Assembly (NCBI GenBank): GCA_965116495.1 | Contig: OZ220696.1 | Coordinates: 2,720,001 to 2,784,000, forward strand | Direction: 5' to 3' | Length of the DNA: 64,000 nucleotides | Source: Gammaproteobacteria bacterium | Lineage (GTDB): Bacteria; Pseudomonadota; Gammaproteobacteria; Eutrophobiales; Eutrophobiaceae | Shown: positions 1 to 9,953 of the stretch, piece by piece | How positions within the stretch are numbered: position 1 is the stretch's first letter | Layout of the letters: each line of letters opens with the position of its first letter | Program-made: the position numbers and the translations under genes | Notes under the pieces: generated by a model | The model's input: only the letters and a program-made list of their open reading frames with translations | Database searches by the model: none | Told to the model about the DNA's origin: nothing

Positions 1-1
1 G

Positions 2-730
2 GAAGACAAGAACCGTCCCATCTCGGAACGCCTGCGTCTCATTACGTTTCAATCCGTAGAGCGTTACGGCATTATCTGGGTCTGCCTGTTGAATGATGAA
101 CCCGGCATACCTCTTCCCGAATGGCCTGACCTGGAAAGTGACAGGTTCGCCGCCGACCCTGATATTAAAAAGATGGCCATTGATGAGATCTGGAATTGCT
201 CAGCGTCACGGCATACCGAAAACTTTAACGACGCAGCGCACCTGTCCTGGGTCCACGCAGATTCTTTCGGCAACCCGGAACAACCCGAAGTACACGAGAT
301 TGAGGTGGATACGTCAATACCGTATGTGCTCAAGCGTGAGCGTCAACTGGCGGAAAAAACACTGGGACAGGAACGTCTTTCTCACTTTACCGCGGAATTG
401 ACCCTGCCATTCTCATCCGCCCTGGTGGAAAAAGTTGGTAACGGTAACCTGGGCTACGCGATATATGATGCGGCCTGCCCCATGTCGGCAAGCGAGACAC
501 GGATATTTCAGATCATCTGGTCCGGTTTTCCTGATAGCTATCCCCACTCTCACGTACAGTTGTGGGAGCAGGTAAACCGGGAGGACATTGCCCTTGTATC
601 AAGACAAAGTCCTGAAGAAGTTCCGCTGGATGTGCGCGAAGAGATTCATATCCCCGCCGACGCGGTTTCCCTGGCCTACCGAAAAGCCATGAAAGAACTC
701 GGTTTGGGCGCGCCCCGGTTTGTAACATAA
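2..730 (+). CDS. Rieske non-heme iron oxygenase alpha subunit (VanA-like), 5'-truncated by the window edge
   Basis: Frame is open from position 2 (EDKNRP...ERYGIIWVCL). Has the mononuclear iron motif ENFNDAAHLSWVH and C-terminal QVNREDIAL and HIPADAVSLAYRK, typical of VanA-type catalytic domains. Confidence 0.8.
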   Translation, partial: EDKNRPISERLRLITFQSVERYGIIWVCLLNDEPGIPLPEWPDLESDRFAADPDIKKMAIDEIWNCSASRHTENFNDAAHLSWVHADSFGNPEQPEVHEIEVDTSIPYVLKRERQLAEKTLGQERLSHFTAELTLPFSSALVEKVGNGNLGYAIYDAACPMSASETRIFQIIWSGFPDSYPHSHVQLWEQVNREDIALVSRQSPEEVPLDVREEIHIPADAVSLAYRKAMKELGLGAPRFVT

Positions 731-1393
731 ACCACCAGCGCGGCCGTCATAAGCCCGCCGGTCAACGTAAAAACACCCAATGCCGTTGCATTCCAATGAT
801 CCATTATCAAACCGCCAACGGCCGGCGCGATGGCAATAGCACCCAGAAATGAAGTGGATGCAATTGATGCCCAACGGCCGTCCCGGTCAAGGGCCGCCGC
901 CGCACCAAGAAGATAAGGTAAGGTAAAAAAGTAACTTATATTATTGAGTAAAACCGCAACGGTATACACGACGGGATGCGGTACTGCACAGATCAACAGC
1001 CAGGTAACGCCGTTGAAGAGTATTCCGGCAATCACCGGCATGATCCTGCCAAATCGCAGGTCCAGCCATGCAGCCAGCAAGCCACCCGTCATCCCGATGA
1101 TAAAACCTGCTCCCAGCAATCCGCTGATTTGTTCGATCGCCAGACCTGACCGCTCACCCATGATGGCCAGATAAGCCCACGGCGCACTGACAACCATCAC
1201 CCAGTTGAGAAGCGCAAAAAGGGTCAAACAGCCCAGGACAAAATGAGGCAATCGGGACTTTGTATTGTTTTGTTTTTCTACAACGTTGGCGGGGAAACAG
1301 TACAACAGCGGCAAGGTACAAAACACAATCAATGCCAACACGCCGTAACCACCTCCGACACCGTAACCTTTCACGGCATAACCGGCCAGCCAG
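676..1393 (-). pseudogene. MFS transporter, C-terminal part, split by an IS
   Basis: Multiple TM helices and a WLDLRFGR loop motif. Joins in frame with 2803-3248 when the IS and one target copy are removed (VMAVMI-WLAGYAVK). Confidence 0.85.
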
Positions 1394-1457
1394 AGTGTTT
1401 TCCAATATGAAATGAGCCTGAAGGGGGGACGTGATTCCAACATGAAATGAGCCTGAA
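1394..1457. repeat. IS left inverted repeat plus a second sub-terminal copy
   Basis: TTCCAA(T/C)ATGAAATGAGCCTGAA occurs at 1400-1422 and 1435-1457. Confidence 0.85.
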
Positions 1458-1487
1458 ATAGCCCGTGTTTCCGTTCATGATACGAGG

Positions 1488-2744
1488 ATGAAAACGATCA
1501 TGAATGCAAATGACTTAACGCGCATCGACCAGGTGCGTGACTTTCTGTCGGGGACCCAACGGGTGGCCTTTGAGGTGGCCGGCGACAAGCAGAGCCGTTA
1601 CGATTGGGTGCGGCGGACCCTGGTCAGGTTTGATTATTTGAGGTGTAACAAAGCGGACAAAGGGACGCTGATGGGTTACCTGATGAAGGTGAGCGGGTAC
1701 TCCCGTGCGCAGGTGAAGCGGTTGATTAAACGCTACCGGGAGACGGGCAAGCTGGCGCCGCGGCAGTGTACGGCGCGGGGCTTTGCCCGGCGCTACACGA
1801 AGGTCGATATGCGCCTGCTGGCGGCCATGGACGAGCGCCATAATACGCCCAACGGGTTGACCTTAAAGAAGCTCTGTGAACGGGCTTATTCAGTCTTCGG
1901 CCAGGCCGAGTACGAGCGCTTGGCCGGCATCTCGGTCTCGCACCTGTACAACCTGCGCCAGTCTGAGACCTACCGGCGTCAGCGCCATACGGTGGCGAAG
2001 ACCCGGCCGGTCAGCCTGCCCATCGGTGAGAGGCGCAAGCCGCAGCCGGACGGTCACCCGGGCTATATCCGCATCGATACCGTGCACCAGGGCGATTTAG
2101 ACGGGGAAAAAGGGGTTTATCACGTCAATGCCGTGGATGAAGTGACCCAGTTTGAGGTCGTGGTCAGCGTCGAGCGCATCAGCGAGATCTACCTCATCCC
2201 GGCGCTGGAGTACCTGCTGGAGAGCTTCCCGTTCGTCGTCCTGGGGTTCCATGCCGACAACGGCTCGGAATACATCAACAAACAGGTGGCCCGGCTGCTG
2301 GAGAAACTGCGCATCGAACTGACCAAGTCCCGCGCCCGGCACAGCAACGACAATGCCCTGGTGGAATGCAAGAACGGCCACGTGGTGCGCAAGCTCCTGG
2401 GCCACGCCCACATCCCGCGCCGCTGGGCCGGCCCACTGAATGACTTCCACCGCCGGCACCTCAATCCTTACGTCAACTACCACCGGCCCTGTCTGTTTCC
2501 GGAGACCGTCACCGACAAGAAGGGGAAACAGCGCAAGCGGTATCCTTACGAGTCCCTCATGACACCCTATGAGAAACTTAAATCCATCCCCGATGCACAG
2601 ACCTGTTTGAAACCGGGGGTTAGCTTTGACATACTGGACAAAGTCGCTTACCACATCAGCGACAACGCGGCTGCCGACGCGCTGCAACAGGCGCGCCGGG
2701 AACTCTTTACAACCATCCATGAACAGGAATACAAACGGGCTTGA
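1488..2744 (+). CDS. DDE transposase (integrase core, rve-like)
   Basis: 418 aa with IDTVHQGD, FHADNGSEYIN and SNDNALVECKNG motifs (D-D-E triad) and an N-terminal HTH region. Confidence 0.9.
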   Translation: MKTIMNANDLTRIDQVRDFLSGTQRVAFEVAGDKQSRYDWVRRTLVRFDYLRCNKADKGTLMGYLMKVSGYSRAQVKRLIKRYRETGKLAPRQCTARGFARRYTKVDMRLLAAMDERHNTPNGLTLKKLCERAYSVFGQAEYERLAGISVSHLYNLRQSETYRRQRHTVAKTRPVSLPIGERRKPQPDGHPGYIRIDTVHQGDLDGEKGVYHVNAVDEVTQFEVVVSVERISEIYLIPALEYLLESFPFVVLGFHADNGSEYINKQVARLLEKLRIELTKSRARHSNDNALVECKNGHVVRKLLGHAHIPRRWAGPLNDFHRRHLNPYVNYHRPCLFPETVTDKKGKQRKRYPYESLMTPYEKLKSIPDAQTCLKPGVSFDILDKVAYHISDNAAADALQQARRELFTTIHEQEYKRA

Positions 2745-2769
2745 GGTCGGGACAGAATCTCTCTCTCTA

Positions 2770-2797
2770 CAGGCTCATTCCAGTATTGGAAAATACT
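2770..2797. repeat. IS right inverted repeat
   Basis: CAGGCTCATTCCAGTATTGGAAAATACT, the imperfect reverse complement of the left end. Confidence 0.85.
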
Positions 2798-3248
2798 GCC
2801 AGATCATGACTGCCATTACCATCGCATTGAACGTTTTGACCAACGCGAACATGCGATCGGGAGCAGTAGCAGCGGCAATTATGGCGCCACCTACGGCCAG
2901 GGTGGCGCCGGCACCCAATCCTGCAAAAAAGCGCATTAACAGTAACGTCGTATATGACGATATAAACTGGATACTGACAATGTGCATCGTTACCGCTACC
3001 AGGCAACCGATGATCGCCGTTTTACGTTTGGGCAACCTGTTAATGAACGGCCCTATCAGTATTGCTGTCAACGCGATACCGGTAAACTCCGCTGACACCA
3101 GATAACCCGCTTTACCGGTGGCCATGGACATATGCTGCGTAATAGCCTGGACAATCAGCGGCGCCAGGGCCTGAGCCAAATTCCCAACCAGAAAGGCCCC
3201 CCAGCCGGCGAGGAAGATTAACCCGTTGCGCCGATCAAGATTTAACAA
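2798..3248 (-). pseudogene. MFS transporter, N-terminal part, split by an IS
   Basis: TM helices, AGYLVSAEFTG and MRFFAGLGAG (MFS motifs). The reading frame runs into the IS right end. Confidence 0.85.
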
Positions 3249-3252
3249 TTAT

Positions 3253-3468
3253 TTAACCTGTAGTATCTGACTCCAAATCTTTGCCGACGTAATCAAGCAC
3301 TTCGTATAACACGTCCGTATCGCCGATGTGGTTGGCCAGCATCAAAATCACCTTGGCATTGATTTTATGGCTCAGCTCGGACGTCAATCCTTCGTGCAGT
3401 TCAATCAGCCGGGCGTAAAAGTCATCCGGGCTGGCGACACCAAGCTCAGTCCGGAGTTTATTTGTCAC
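3253..3468 (-). CDS. DUF2783-like small protein
   Basis: PDDFYARLIELHEGL...NAKVILMLANHIGD signature. GTG start 4 nt after the MBL gene stop. Confidence 0.75.
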   Translation of the reverse strand: MTNKLRTELGVASPDDFYARLIELHEGLTSELSHKINAKVILMLANHIGDTDVLYEVLDYVGKDLESDTTG

Positions 3469-3472
3469 CGGC

Positions 3473-4423
3473 TCACCCTTCCAGCGCCTCCCACATCTCG
3501 GAATCCCGTTCGGCGGTCCAGATCTGCGGGTCGGCAATGCCGGAGGCAATATCGTAGGCGCGCGCCACGTCAAACGGCAGGCAGTGGTCGAAGATCACCC
3601 ATTCACCGAATTCCGGTTTCAGGGTGGCGTAGGTATCCTTGTAGATTTGCTTCAAATCCTTTCCCTGTTTTTTGCCGGCTTCAACAGCCTGGTACATCGC
3701 GGTAACAAACGCGCGGGTCCCGCCTATGCCCTCTTTGATGGTCTCCAGTGTCATCAGGGCATCGCCGCGGCCGGGGACCACAGCAAGCGGGTCCAGTGCA
3801 GTGATGTTGTCCAGGGTAGCAGGCCAGTCAAGCAGGTAGGCATCGCCGGTATAAGGCGTGGCCCCGTACTCGACCAGGTCGCCGCTGTACAGCACCCGCT
3901 CCTCCGGCAACCAGACCACGGTATCGCCCTTGGTATGGCCCCGTCCCAGTTGCATGATCCTGACCTCTGTGTCACCCATCCACAGGGACATCTCTCCCTT
4001 GAAGGTAATCGTCGGCCAGGTCAGGCCCGGAATGCTCTCATAGCCGTTGAACAACCTCGGGAACCGTTCGAACTCGGATTTCCAGTCCTGCTTCCCGCGC
4101 TCGACGATGAGGTCGTATGTATCCCGGCTGGAGATAACGTGCTCCGGCTTGTAGGCGCTGGCGCCCAGTACCCGCACCGCGTGATAATGGGTCATGACCA
4201 CGTACTTGACGGGTTTGTCCGTGACCGACCGTATTTTTTCCAGCACCCGTTCGGCCATGAGCGGCGTGGCCTGCGTGTCGATAACCATGACGTCGTCGTC
4301 GCCGATAATTACGCCGGTATTCGGATCGCCTTCCGCGGTGTACGCATAGGCATTGTCCGCCAGCCGGCTGAACGTTATCTCTTTTTCACCCAGGTCCGCC
4401 TTGGAAGCGAATTCTTTTACCAT
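3473..4423 (-). CDS. MBL-fold metallo-hydrolase
   Basis: THYHAVR, GHTKGD, YSGDL and PGRG motifs; 316 aa. Confidence 0.85.
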   Translation of the reverse strand: MVKEFASKADLGEKEITFSRLADNAYAYTAEGDPNTGVIIGDDDVMVIDTQATPLMAERVLEKIRSVTDKPVKYVVMTHYHAVRVLGASAYKPEHVISSRDTYDLIVERGKQDWKSEFERFPRLFNGYESIPGLTWPTITFKGEMSLWMGDTEVRIMQLGRGHTKGDTVVWLPEERVLYSGDLVEYGATPYTGDAYLLDWPATLDNITALDPLAVVPGRGDALMTLETIKEGIGGTRAFVTAMYQAVEAGKKQGKDLKQIYKDTYATLKPEFGEWVIFDHCLPFDVARAYDIASGIADPQIWTAERDSEMWEALEG

Positions 4424-4566
4424 TTCTGTTTAATCCTCAGTTAAATTAACCATTCGGCCTGCATTGTAGTCTTCGGAACCGTAACGGGCAATCAATTGTA
4501 TAAGTAACAATATAATGCATTGGAAAGCAGGACGGTCTTACTCTATATGCGCAAGCCGTTCCTGTT

Positions 4567-4689
4567 TCAGCACCGGCGGCAGTTGCAGCGGCCGGACAAG
4601 AACGTCATGACGATCGTCGTCAGCGCGATGCCCCACATCTCTGCCGAGGCGATGTAGCGGGCCTGTTGCTCGCTGAATTTCAGGTATTC
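4567..4689 (-). pseudogene. Short remnant of a second MFS transporter gene
   Basis: Manual translation EYLKFSEQQARYIASAEMWGIALTTIVMTFLSGRCNCRRC* aligns by eye with AGYLVSAEFTGIALTAILIG of the nearby MFS. It is an internal fragment that ends in a stop. Confidence 0.6.
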
Positions 4690-4699
4690 CCTTTTTATT

Positions 4700-5497
4700 C
4701 TATCCGGTCAATGACAACGTGCCGATATCCACGATATGACCACCACCATCGGCGACAAGCGTGGCCCCGGTCACAAACGAGGCGTCATCGGATGCCAGAA
4801 ATTCAACACAGGCAGCAATCTCTTCCGGTTCTCCCATGCGTTGCAGCGGCGTATATTGTGTTGTCAAGGCCCTGGCTTCATCAAGGGTCAGTCCTTTACG
4901 GCTTGCCAGACTCGCCATCTCCTCATCGCTCATCGGGGTTTTCACCCAGCCGGGGCAGAGAGTATTTGCCCTGATCCCCTGTGCACCGTAGTCACAGGCC
5001 AGGGACTTTGTCAGGCCGATAAGCGCATGCTTGCTTGTGATGTAGTCGGTCAGGCCCTGGCATGAGCGGATGCCGGCTACGGAAGAAATACTCACGATAG
5101 CGCCGCCGCCTCGACTTGTCATAGCAGGGATGGCAGCCCTGGTAATCTGCATAACCCCCGCCACGTTTACATTTATTACCTCTTGCCATTCGGCTTCGTT
5201 CAGCGTTGTCACGCTTCCCGCCGAAGACAATATACCTGCATTGGCGATCACTATATCCAGGCCGCCGAATTCAGCGACTGTTTGCGCCACGGCTGCAGCG
5301 CAGTCATTCTCACTGGCGGTGTCACCCTGGATGGCCAGGCAGTTCAACCCGGTGGCAATTTCGGCGATGGGTTCCCGGCGGCGGCCCGTTATGGCCACGG
5401 CCGCACCGGATGCAGCGAAGCGCCTGGCAACGGCAGCGCCTATGCCGGTGCCGCCCCCGGTAATTAACGCAACTTTACCCTCCAGCCGTTTATCCAT
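4700..5497 (-). CDS. Short-chain dehydrogenase/reductase
   Basis: [16 protein letters not shown] (YxxxK) and DGG motifs. Confidence 0.9.
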   Translation of the reverse strand: MDKRLEGKVALITGGGTGIGAAVARRFAASGAAVAITGRRREPIAEIATGLNCLAIQGDTASENDCAAAVAQTVAEFGGLDIVIANAGILSSAGSVTTLNEAEWQEVINVNVAGVMQITRAAIPAMTSRGGGAIVSISSVAGIRSCQGLTDYITSKHALIGLTKSLACDYGAQGIRANTLCPGWVKTPMSDEEMASLASRKGLTLDEARALTTQYTPLQRMGEPEEIAACVEFLASDDASFVTGATLVADGGGHIVDIGTLSLTG

Positions 5498-5523
5498 AAG
5501 GTGTTTACCTGGAGACCAGGACG

Positions 5524-6174
5524 CTAACCTTCCCCGGAAAGAGCAATACTCAGGGCCTGTTTGCGAAACTCGTTTTCAAACCCGCGTGCAATTGGCGCAA
5601 TTTTCTTATCAGGTCCGAGTACAACCATCATTCCGTCGACCAACGCGATAAGGTGTAATGCCTTGTGATTAACCGCTTTCTCATTGAGGGCAGGATTTAA
5701 CCCGGTGATCAATTTGGACATGGCGCTCAGGGCGTATTGATAGAATTCCTTTTTACATTTGGCAACATGTGGATCGTGTGCGGACATGCCATATATCTGG
5801 AAGAAGAATCCTCTTGTAATCGGCTTTTTTAAATCCTCCAGCAGATAATTAATGTGTGCTAAAAATTGTTGTTCGGGGTCATCGCCGGCCTGACTTATTG
5901 ATTTCTGAAAATCCTTCTCATAGTTTTGAATGGTCTCCTCTATCAAGGCATGAATGATATTGTGTTTCGTCTTGAAGTAATAAGTCAGGTTTCCCATGCT
6001 CAGGTTAAGCCTTGAGCAGAGGTTGCGCAGGGTGAAGTTTGCATAGCCTTCAAATGCGAGGATTTCGCGAGACAATTTTAAAATTTCATGAACCCGCATT
6101 TTTCCTTTTACATGACGAGCCGTGCCTTCAGTTAATCGTTTGTTTACTATGAGTTGATCAATGACTTCTTCCAT
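5524..6174 (-). CDS. TetR/AcrR family regulator
   Basis: N-terminal HTH EGYANFTLRNLCSRLNLSMGNLTYYFKTK. Start uncertain (6174 or 6222). Confidence 0.85.
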   Translation of the reverse strand: MEEVIDQLIVNKRLTEGTARHVKGKMRVHEILKLSREILAFEGYANFTLRNLCSRLNLSMGNLTYYFKTKHNIIHALIEETIQNYEKDFQKSISQAGDDPEQQFLAHINYLLEDLKKPITRGFFFQIYGMSAHDPHVAKCKKEFYQYALSAMSKLITGLNPALNEKAVNHKALHLIALVDGMMVVLGPDKKIAPIARGFENEFRKQALSIALSGEG

Positions 6175-6255
6175 TGGATTTTTCTGGTAATAATTAATGA
6201 ATACAGGGTGTGGAGCACACACCGCAAAGGCCGTTACTACATTTCGTTAATACAG

Positions 6256-6726
6256 CTACTTGCTTGTATCAAACTCCCCGACGACATACATCTCACCCTG
6301 GCTCATCCACTCACCTTCGATCTTTTCCCACAGGAAGAGCATTTTAAAGGTAAAGGGTTCCGCGGCAGGATCGGCCGGGTTGACATGAAAATTCACCCAG
6401 TCCCAACCTGAATTGCCGCTCACCTGGGTCTTGTAGGACTCGATTTTAACATTACCACCGATAATATCCGGATTTTCATAAACCGGCCGAATGCCTTCCG
6501 TACCTTCGTGTGACACGCCATCAGGCCCGACAGACAACACGTCGCCGGTATAGAATTTTTCCAGGATGGGTTTCGGATCATTATTGGCAAAGGCCATCTC
6601 TTTTATATCGTACTTGGCCCTGATTGCCTTTTTGAAGGCTCCCAGCTCGTTGTCTGCAGCCGCAGCAGTTCCCGCTACCGATAAAAGTATTATTGTTGCC
6701 ACGAACGTCAAAATATTTTTATTCAT
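6256..6726 (-). CDS. Exported NTF2/SnoaL-like (DUF4440-type) protein
   Basis: Sec signal peptide (...GTAAAA), FYTGDVLSV and LWEKIEGEW, consistent with an NTF2 fold. Confidence 0.6.
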   Translation of the reverse strand: MNKNILTFVATIILLSVAGTAAAADNELGAFKKAIRAKYDIKEMAFANNDPKPILEKFYTGDVLSVGPDGVSHEGTEGIRPVYENPDIIGGNVKIESYKTQVSGNSGWDWVNFHVNPADPAAEPFTFKMLFLWEKIEGEWMSQGEMYVVGEFDTSK

Positions 6727-6880
6727 TGCATTTCTCCAGTTTTATGATTTATAACAACAAACCTGTTTGGCGTGCTTCTACGACCGGTAACAGACACCTT
6801 CGCTCCGGAAGTTGCAAATCTTTGAGCAATAGCAGCACCAATCCCGGTCCCTCCTCCCGTAATTAACGCTACCTTTCCAT

Positions 6881-7951
6881 CTAATCGCATTCGGCTTCAG
6901 CCAGTTGCTTGACCAGGCGACGCATTTCAACGCCAGGCTTGTCTGACCCGACGTGTATTTCCTCGAACGCGTCCGGGTCCCGATCCAGGATAATCTGCAT
7001 ATCGGCGGTTGCGTCCATATCTTCCTGAAACGCGCCTTGCAGCATCTCTTTAATCTTTGATGTATAGGCCTTGTCCTCGATGAGATAATTCCTGCTGAAA
7101 CAGTAAAAATAGTGGCAACTGCTTTGGGTTTCGGGCGTCAGGAAGTGAGTAATATAGCTCCTGTATTTAATCTTCCCGGCGTCGTCTTTTAAATACTCCC
7201 AGCCATCATGAACCGCAGGCGAACGGAAGCTGCCGCCTTCCGACTGGGTCATTTTTTTCACCTCCTCCTGCAATGAGGGTGGGAAAAACGAAGGCGTCAC
7301 CGTATAGCCCAGATCCCTCTTGAAAGTCACTGTTTCATCAGTGACCTCCGTCTCTACACCCGCCGAAATGTATTCTTCAGCCGGGTTAAACGACGCGGCA
7401 TGCAGATAATTGAAATGTGTCAAATCCATCAGGTTCTCATGCATCAGCATATAGCTTCCCGGGCAGTGGCTGTACCCGAGGTTATAGGCATATCCCTCGT
7501 CTGTCAAAAAAGGTAATGAAGGGATCCTGGCGGGGTCCGCCGCTTCGGGATCGCCCATCCATATCCAGACAACAAGCCCTGTTTCCACGAGAGGATAGGC
7601 GCGTGTGCGGACATTGGACGGGTGCTGCTTCTGGCTGGGCACATTAATGCAAACGCCCTCGGAATTAAATTCCATCCCATGATAACCGCATATGATGTTG
7701 TCTGAGGACAGACGCCCTTTCGAAAGAGGGTAAGAGCGGTGCGGACAACGATTGCGCAATGCGACCGGTGTGCCGTCCCGTTTTCGATACATCACAACAG
7801 GCCGATTGAGTATCCAGCGCTCCTTCAGCGAATAATCAATCTCATCGCTATAGGCCGCCACGTACCAGTAGTTGTATAAAAGCGGTGTTTTGACGTTCGC
7901 AAGAAACCGATTGAACGCTTTGGCGCGCGCTTGCGCCTGGTTAGTTGACAT
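6881..7951 (-). CDS. Rieske oxygenase alpha subunit (VanA/demethylase-like)
   Basis: Rieske motif RCPHR...CGYHG and [13 protein letters not shown] iron site. Start reassigned to MSTNQAQ. Confidence 0.9.
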   Translation of the reverse strand: MSTNQAQARAKAFNRFLANVKTPLLYNYWYVAAYSDEIDYSLKERWILNRPVVMYRKRDGTPVALRNRCPHRSYPLSKGRLSSDNIICGYHGMEFNSEGVCINVPSQKQHPSNVRTRAYPLVETGLVVWIWMGDPEAADPARIPSLPFLTDEGYAYNLGYSHCPGSYMLMHENLMDLTHFNYLHAASFNPAEEYISAGVETEVTDETVTFKRDLGYTVTPSFFPPSLQEEVKKMTQSEGGSFRSPAVHDGWEYLKDDAGKIKYRSYITHFLTPETQSSCHYFYCFSRNYLIEDKAYTSKIKEMLQGAFQEDMDATADMQIILDRDPDAFEEIHVGSDKPGVEMRRLVKQLAEAECD

Positions 7952-7967
7952 AGCAGTTAAACTTCTA

Positions 7968-9917
7968 TTAAGACATATCCAATATTTGCTTGGCTGCCCG
8001 TTCTCCTTCTTCTGCGGCCGTGTTCCACAATTGCGCACCGGTGAGTTCGGAATGGCCGAATGCGATACGGCCATGAGGCTCGCGGATGATGTCGCTGGCG
8101 GATTTTTTCCCGTCCTTGCCGTAGTAGAAGCCGGGAGGAGAAACCACGTAGGCATGTCCCCAGCGGTTGGAAACTATGCCGGCTATGTCCCGCTTCGCAT
8201 CAAAACCATAGGAAGCAAACATCTTGTTGAACTGCTCGCGGACACCTCGTTCAACAGCGGCGAACGGCAGGCTGAAGAGCTGCATTCGTGCGGCGGTAGC
8301 CTGCTGGTCTGCCGGAAGCCCGGGAATGCAGAAAGAGTTGTACATGGTCAATACGGTGGGCTTGCTCGGATCAAGCGGCATCGGCTCTTTGCCATCGATG
8401 ATCATCTGCTTGCGCAGGGTGAAGAACCAGCCATAACCTTCAAACCAGCGCACGGCAGCGGCGCCCATCCTGTCGAGGAATTTCCAGTTGCGCAGGGCAA
8501 TATTAATAGTGTGTATCGGTGCATGGTGGAAAGAGGCCATGGCTTCCCGGTGTTCCGGCGGCAGGTCTTTGCAAATGATTCTGTTTACCCACTGACCTGA
8601 AGCCATTACCACGTTTTTCGCCTTGATCCTGTGTAACTCCCCGTCCCGGTAGTAGATTACCGTAACGCTTTTCGCAGAATCGGGAGAGCCGTCGTGCATG
8701 ACACCGGCCACGGTACTGGACAGGCGGATACGGGTCGGGTGGCCGGCCCGGTCCAGTTGTTTCCAGTCGACAGGTTTAAACAGCACATCGGTGAGTGAGT
8801 TGCCGCCTTTTATGGCTTTGGGAATCATCGCCTTCACCATATGGCGGGCCACCCCCGTATTGCCGCCGGGAAAACTCGCCAGGTACAGGTATTCGGTGGG
8901 ATCTTCAAAACCTGCCTCGCGCTTGTAGGAAAGCACCCCGGGCTGGATGAATTCGTAGGCGGAATAGGCGGAGATGACATCGGCGCCTAGGCCGCATCCC
9001 ATCGCTGCCGTCTGTGGATTCAGGTAGGGTTCAACATCCCTGGACACACCCACGTGCCTGGTCAAGAACTCGCTGTAGGTCATGCTGTCCAGCCAGTGGT
9101 GCCAATCGTCCTTGACCGGGATATCCTTGTAGAGTTCCATTTGCATGTATTCGCGCTTCAGCTTGTCGGAGATGGGCGCGCCCTTGAAACCCGTATTCCA
9201 GGGATTCATAACCATGCCGTGGCCTTCATAGTAGTGAGCCTGGTCAGCCATTTCCCAGGCGACGTGCATGGGGCCGTATATCTCTTTCGGAATCTTGAGA
9301 TCGCTGTTCTTTGCCGCCTGGTACTTGAAATCCTGGGGCAGACCGAGCTTGTCCCAGTAACGGTGGTGCCAGCCAATAGGCTTGGTGCGGTTCGGCGGAA
9401 AGACCGTGCCGTTTGAGCCTTGGGGAGCCCAGAGATGGACGCCGTCCACTTCAAATTCGTTCTGCTTGGCTTCTCCGCCGAAAATAGCGTGGTTGTCCAG
9501 TATCAGCACCGAGCCCTTCGGCCGGTCTTCGTGGTAACGATATGCCGCACTCAGACCGGCGAAACCACCGCCTACAACGACAAGGTCATAGGTCTCGTTG
9601 GAATCGATGGCATCCTTGAACATCTTTTCATAGCTGCCGTTACGGACACCATGGCCGTCGTTGATGACCTCGTGGGTATTGCCGTTTGCGTTGCTGTAAT
9701 CCCCGATACCACCGGGGCCGGTCCAGTCCGGACCCACACCTGTGAGGGGTTGGGGCATGGTCTGCGCGCTGGCCCGGCCGATAAATGCAGGCGCCCTGGC
9801 GTACATCAGCGCGGCGCCGGTACCGATAAGCGAGCTGCCGATGAAATCCCGGCGGGTGATGCCGGCATCAAGACCCAGTAACTTGTCTTCGCGTTCGTTT
9901 GATTTTTTCTTGTCCAT
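7968..9917 (-). CDS. Tat-exported FAD-dependent oxidoreductase (spermidine dehydrogenase SpdH-like)
   Basis: TRRDFI twin-arginine signal, VVGGGFAGLSAA FAD motif, LDNHAIFGGEAK and NRWGHAY. Confidence 0.75.
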   Translation of the reverse strand: MDKKKSNEREDKLLGLDAGITRRDFIGSSLIGTGAALMYARAPAFIGRASAQTMPQPLTGVGPDWTGPGGIGDYSNANGNTHEVINDGHGVRNGSYEKMFKDAIDSNETYDLVVVGGGFAGLSAAYRYHEDRPKGSVLILDNHAIFGGEAKQNEFEVDGVHLWAPQGSNGTVFPPNRTKPIGWHHRYWDKLGLPQDFKYQAAKNSDLKIPKEIYGPMHVAWEMADQAHYYEGHGMVMNPWNTGFKGAPISDKLKREYMQMELYKDIPVKDDWHHWLDSMTYSEFLTRHVGVSRDVEPYLNPQTAAMGCGLGADVISAYSAYEFIQPGVLSYKREAGFEDPTEYLYLASFPGGNTGVARHMVKAMIPKAIKGGNSLTDVLFKPVDWKQLDRAGHPTRIRLSSTVAGVMHDGSPDSAKSVTVIYYRDGELHRIKAKNVVMASGQWVNRIICKDLPPEHREAMASFHHAPIHTINIALRNWKFLDRMGAAAVRWFEGYGWFFTLRKQMIIDGKEPMPLDPSKPTVLTMYNSFCIPGLPADQQATAARMQLFSLPFAAVERGVREQFNKMFASYGFDAKRDIAGIVSNRWGHAYVVSPPGFYYGKDGKKSASDIIREPHGRIAFGHSELTGAQLWNTAAEEGERAAKQILDMS

Positions 9918-9953
9918 GGTAACTCCCCGCCAGGATGGAAATAAAGAAGAGTA

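Larger units (their letters stand above)
1394..2797 (+). mobile_element. Insertion sequence of about 1.4 kb with a DDE integrase-core transposase (ISNCY ISLbi1-like / IS481-related)
   Basis: Imperfect terminal IRs: AGTGTTTTCCAATATGAAATGAGCCTG and, at the right end in reverse complement, AGTATTTTCCAATACTGGAATGAGCCTG. Target duplication GCCAG at 1389-1393 and 2798-2802. Single transposase ORF. Family assignment is tentative. Confidence 0.9.

Noticed and set aside
3584-4444. Long antisense ORFs (also 45390-46280, 40892-41644, 2097-2720 and others)
   Set aside because: They are shadow frames fully overlapping well-supported genes in GC-rich DNA, with no recognisable motifs.
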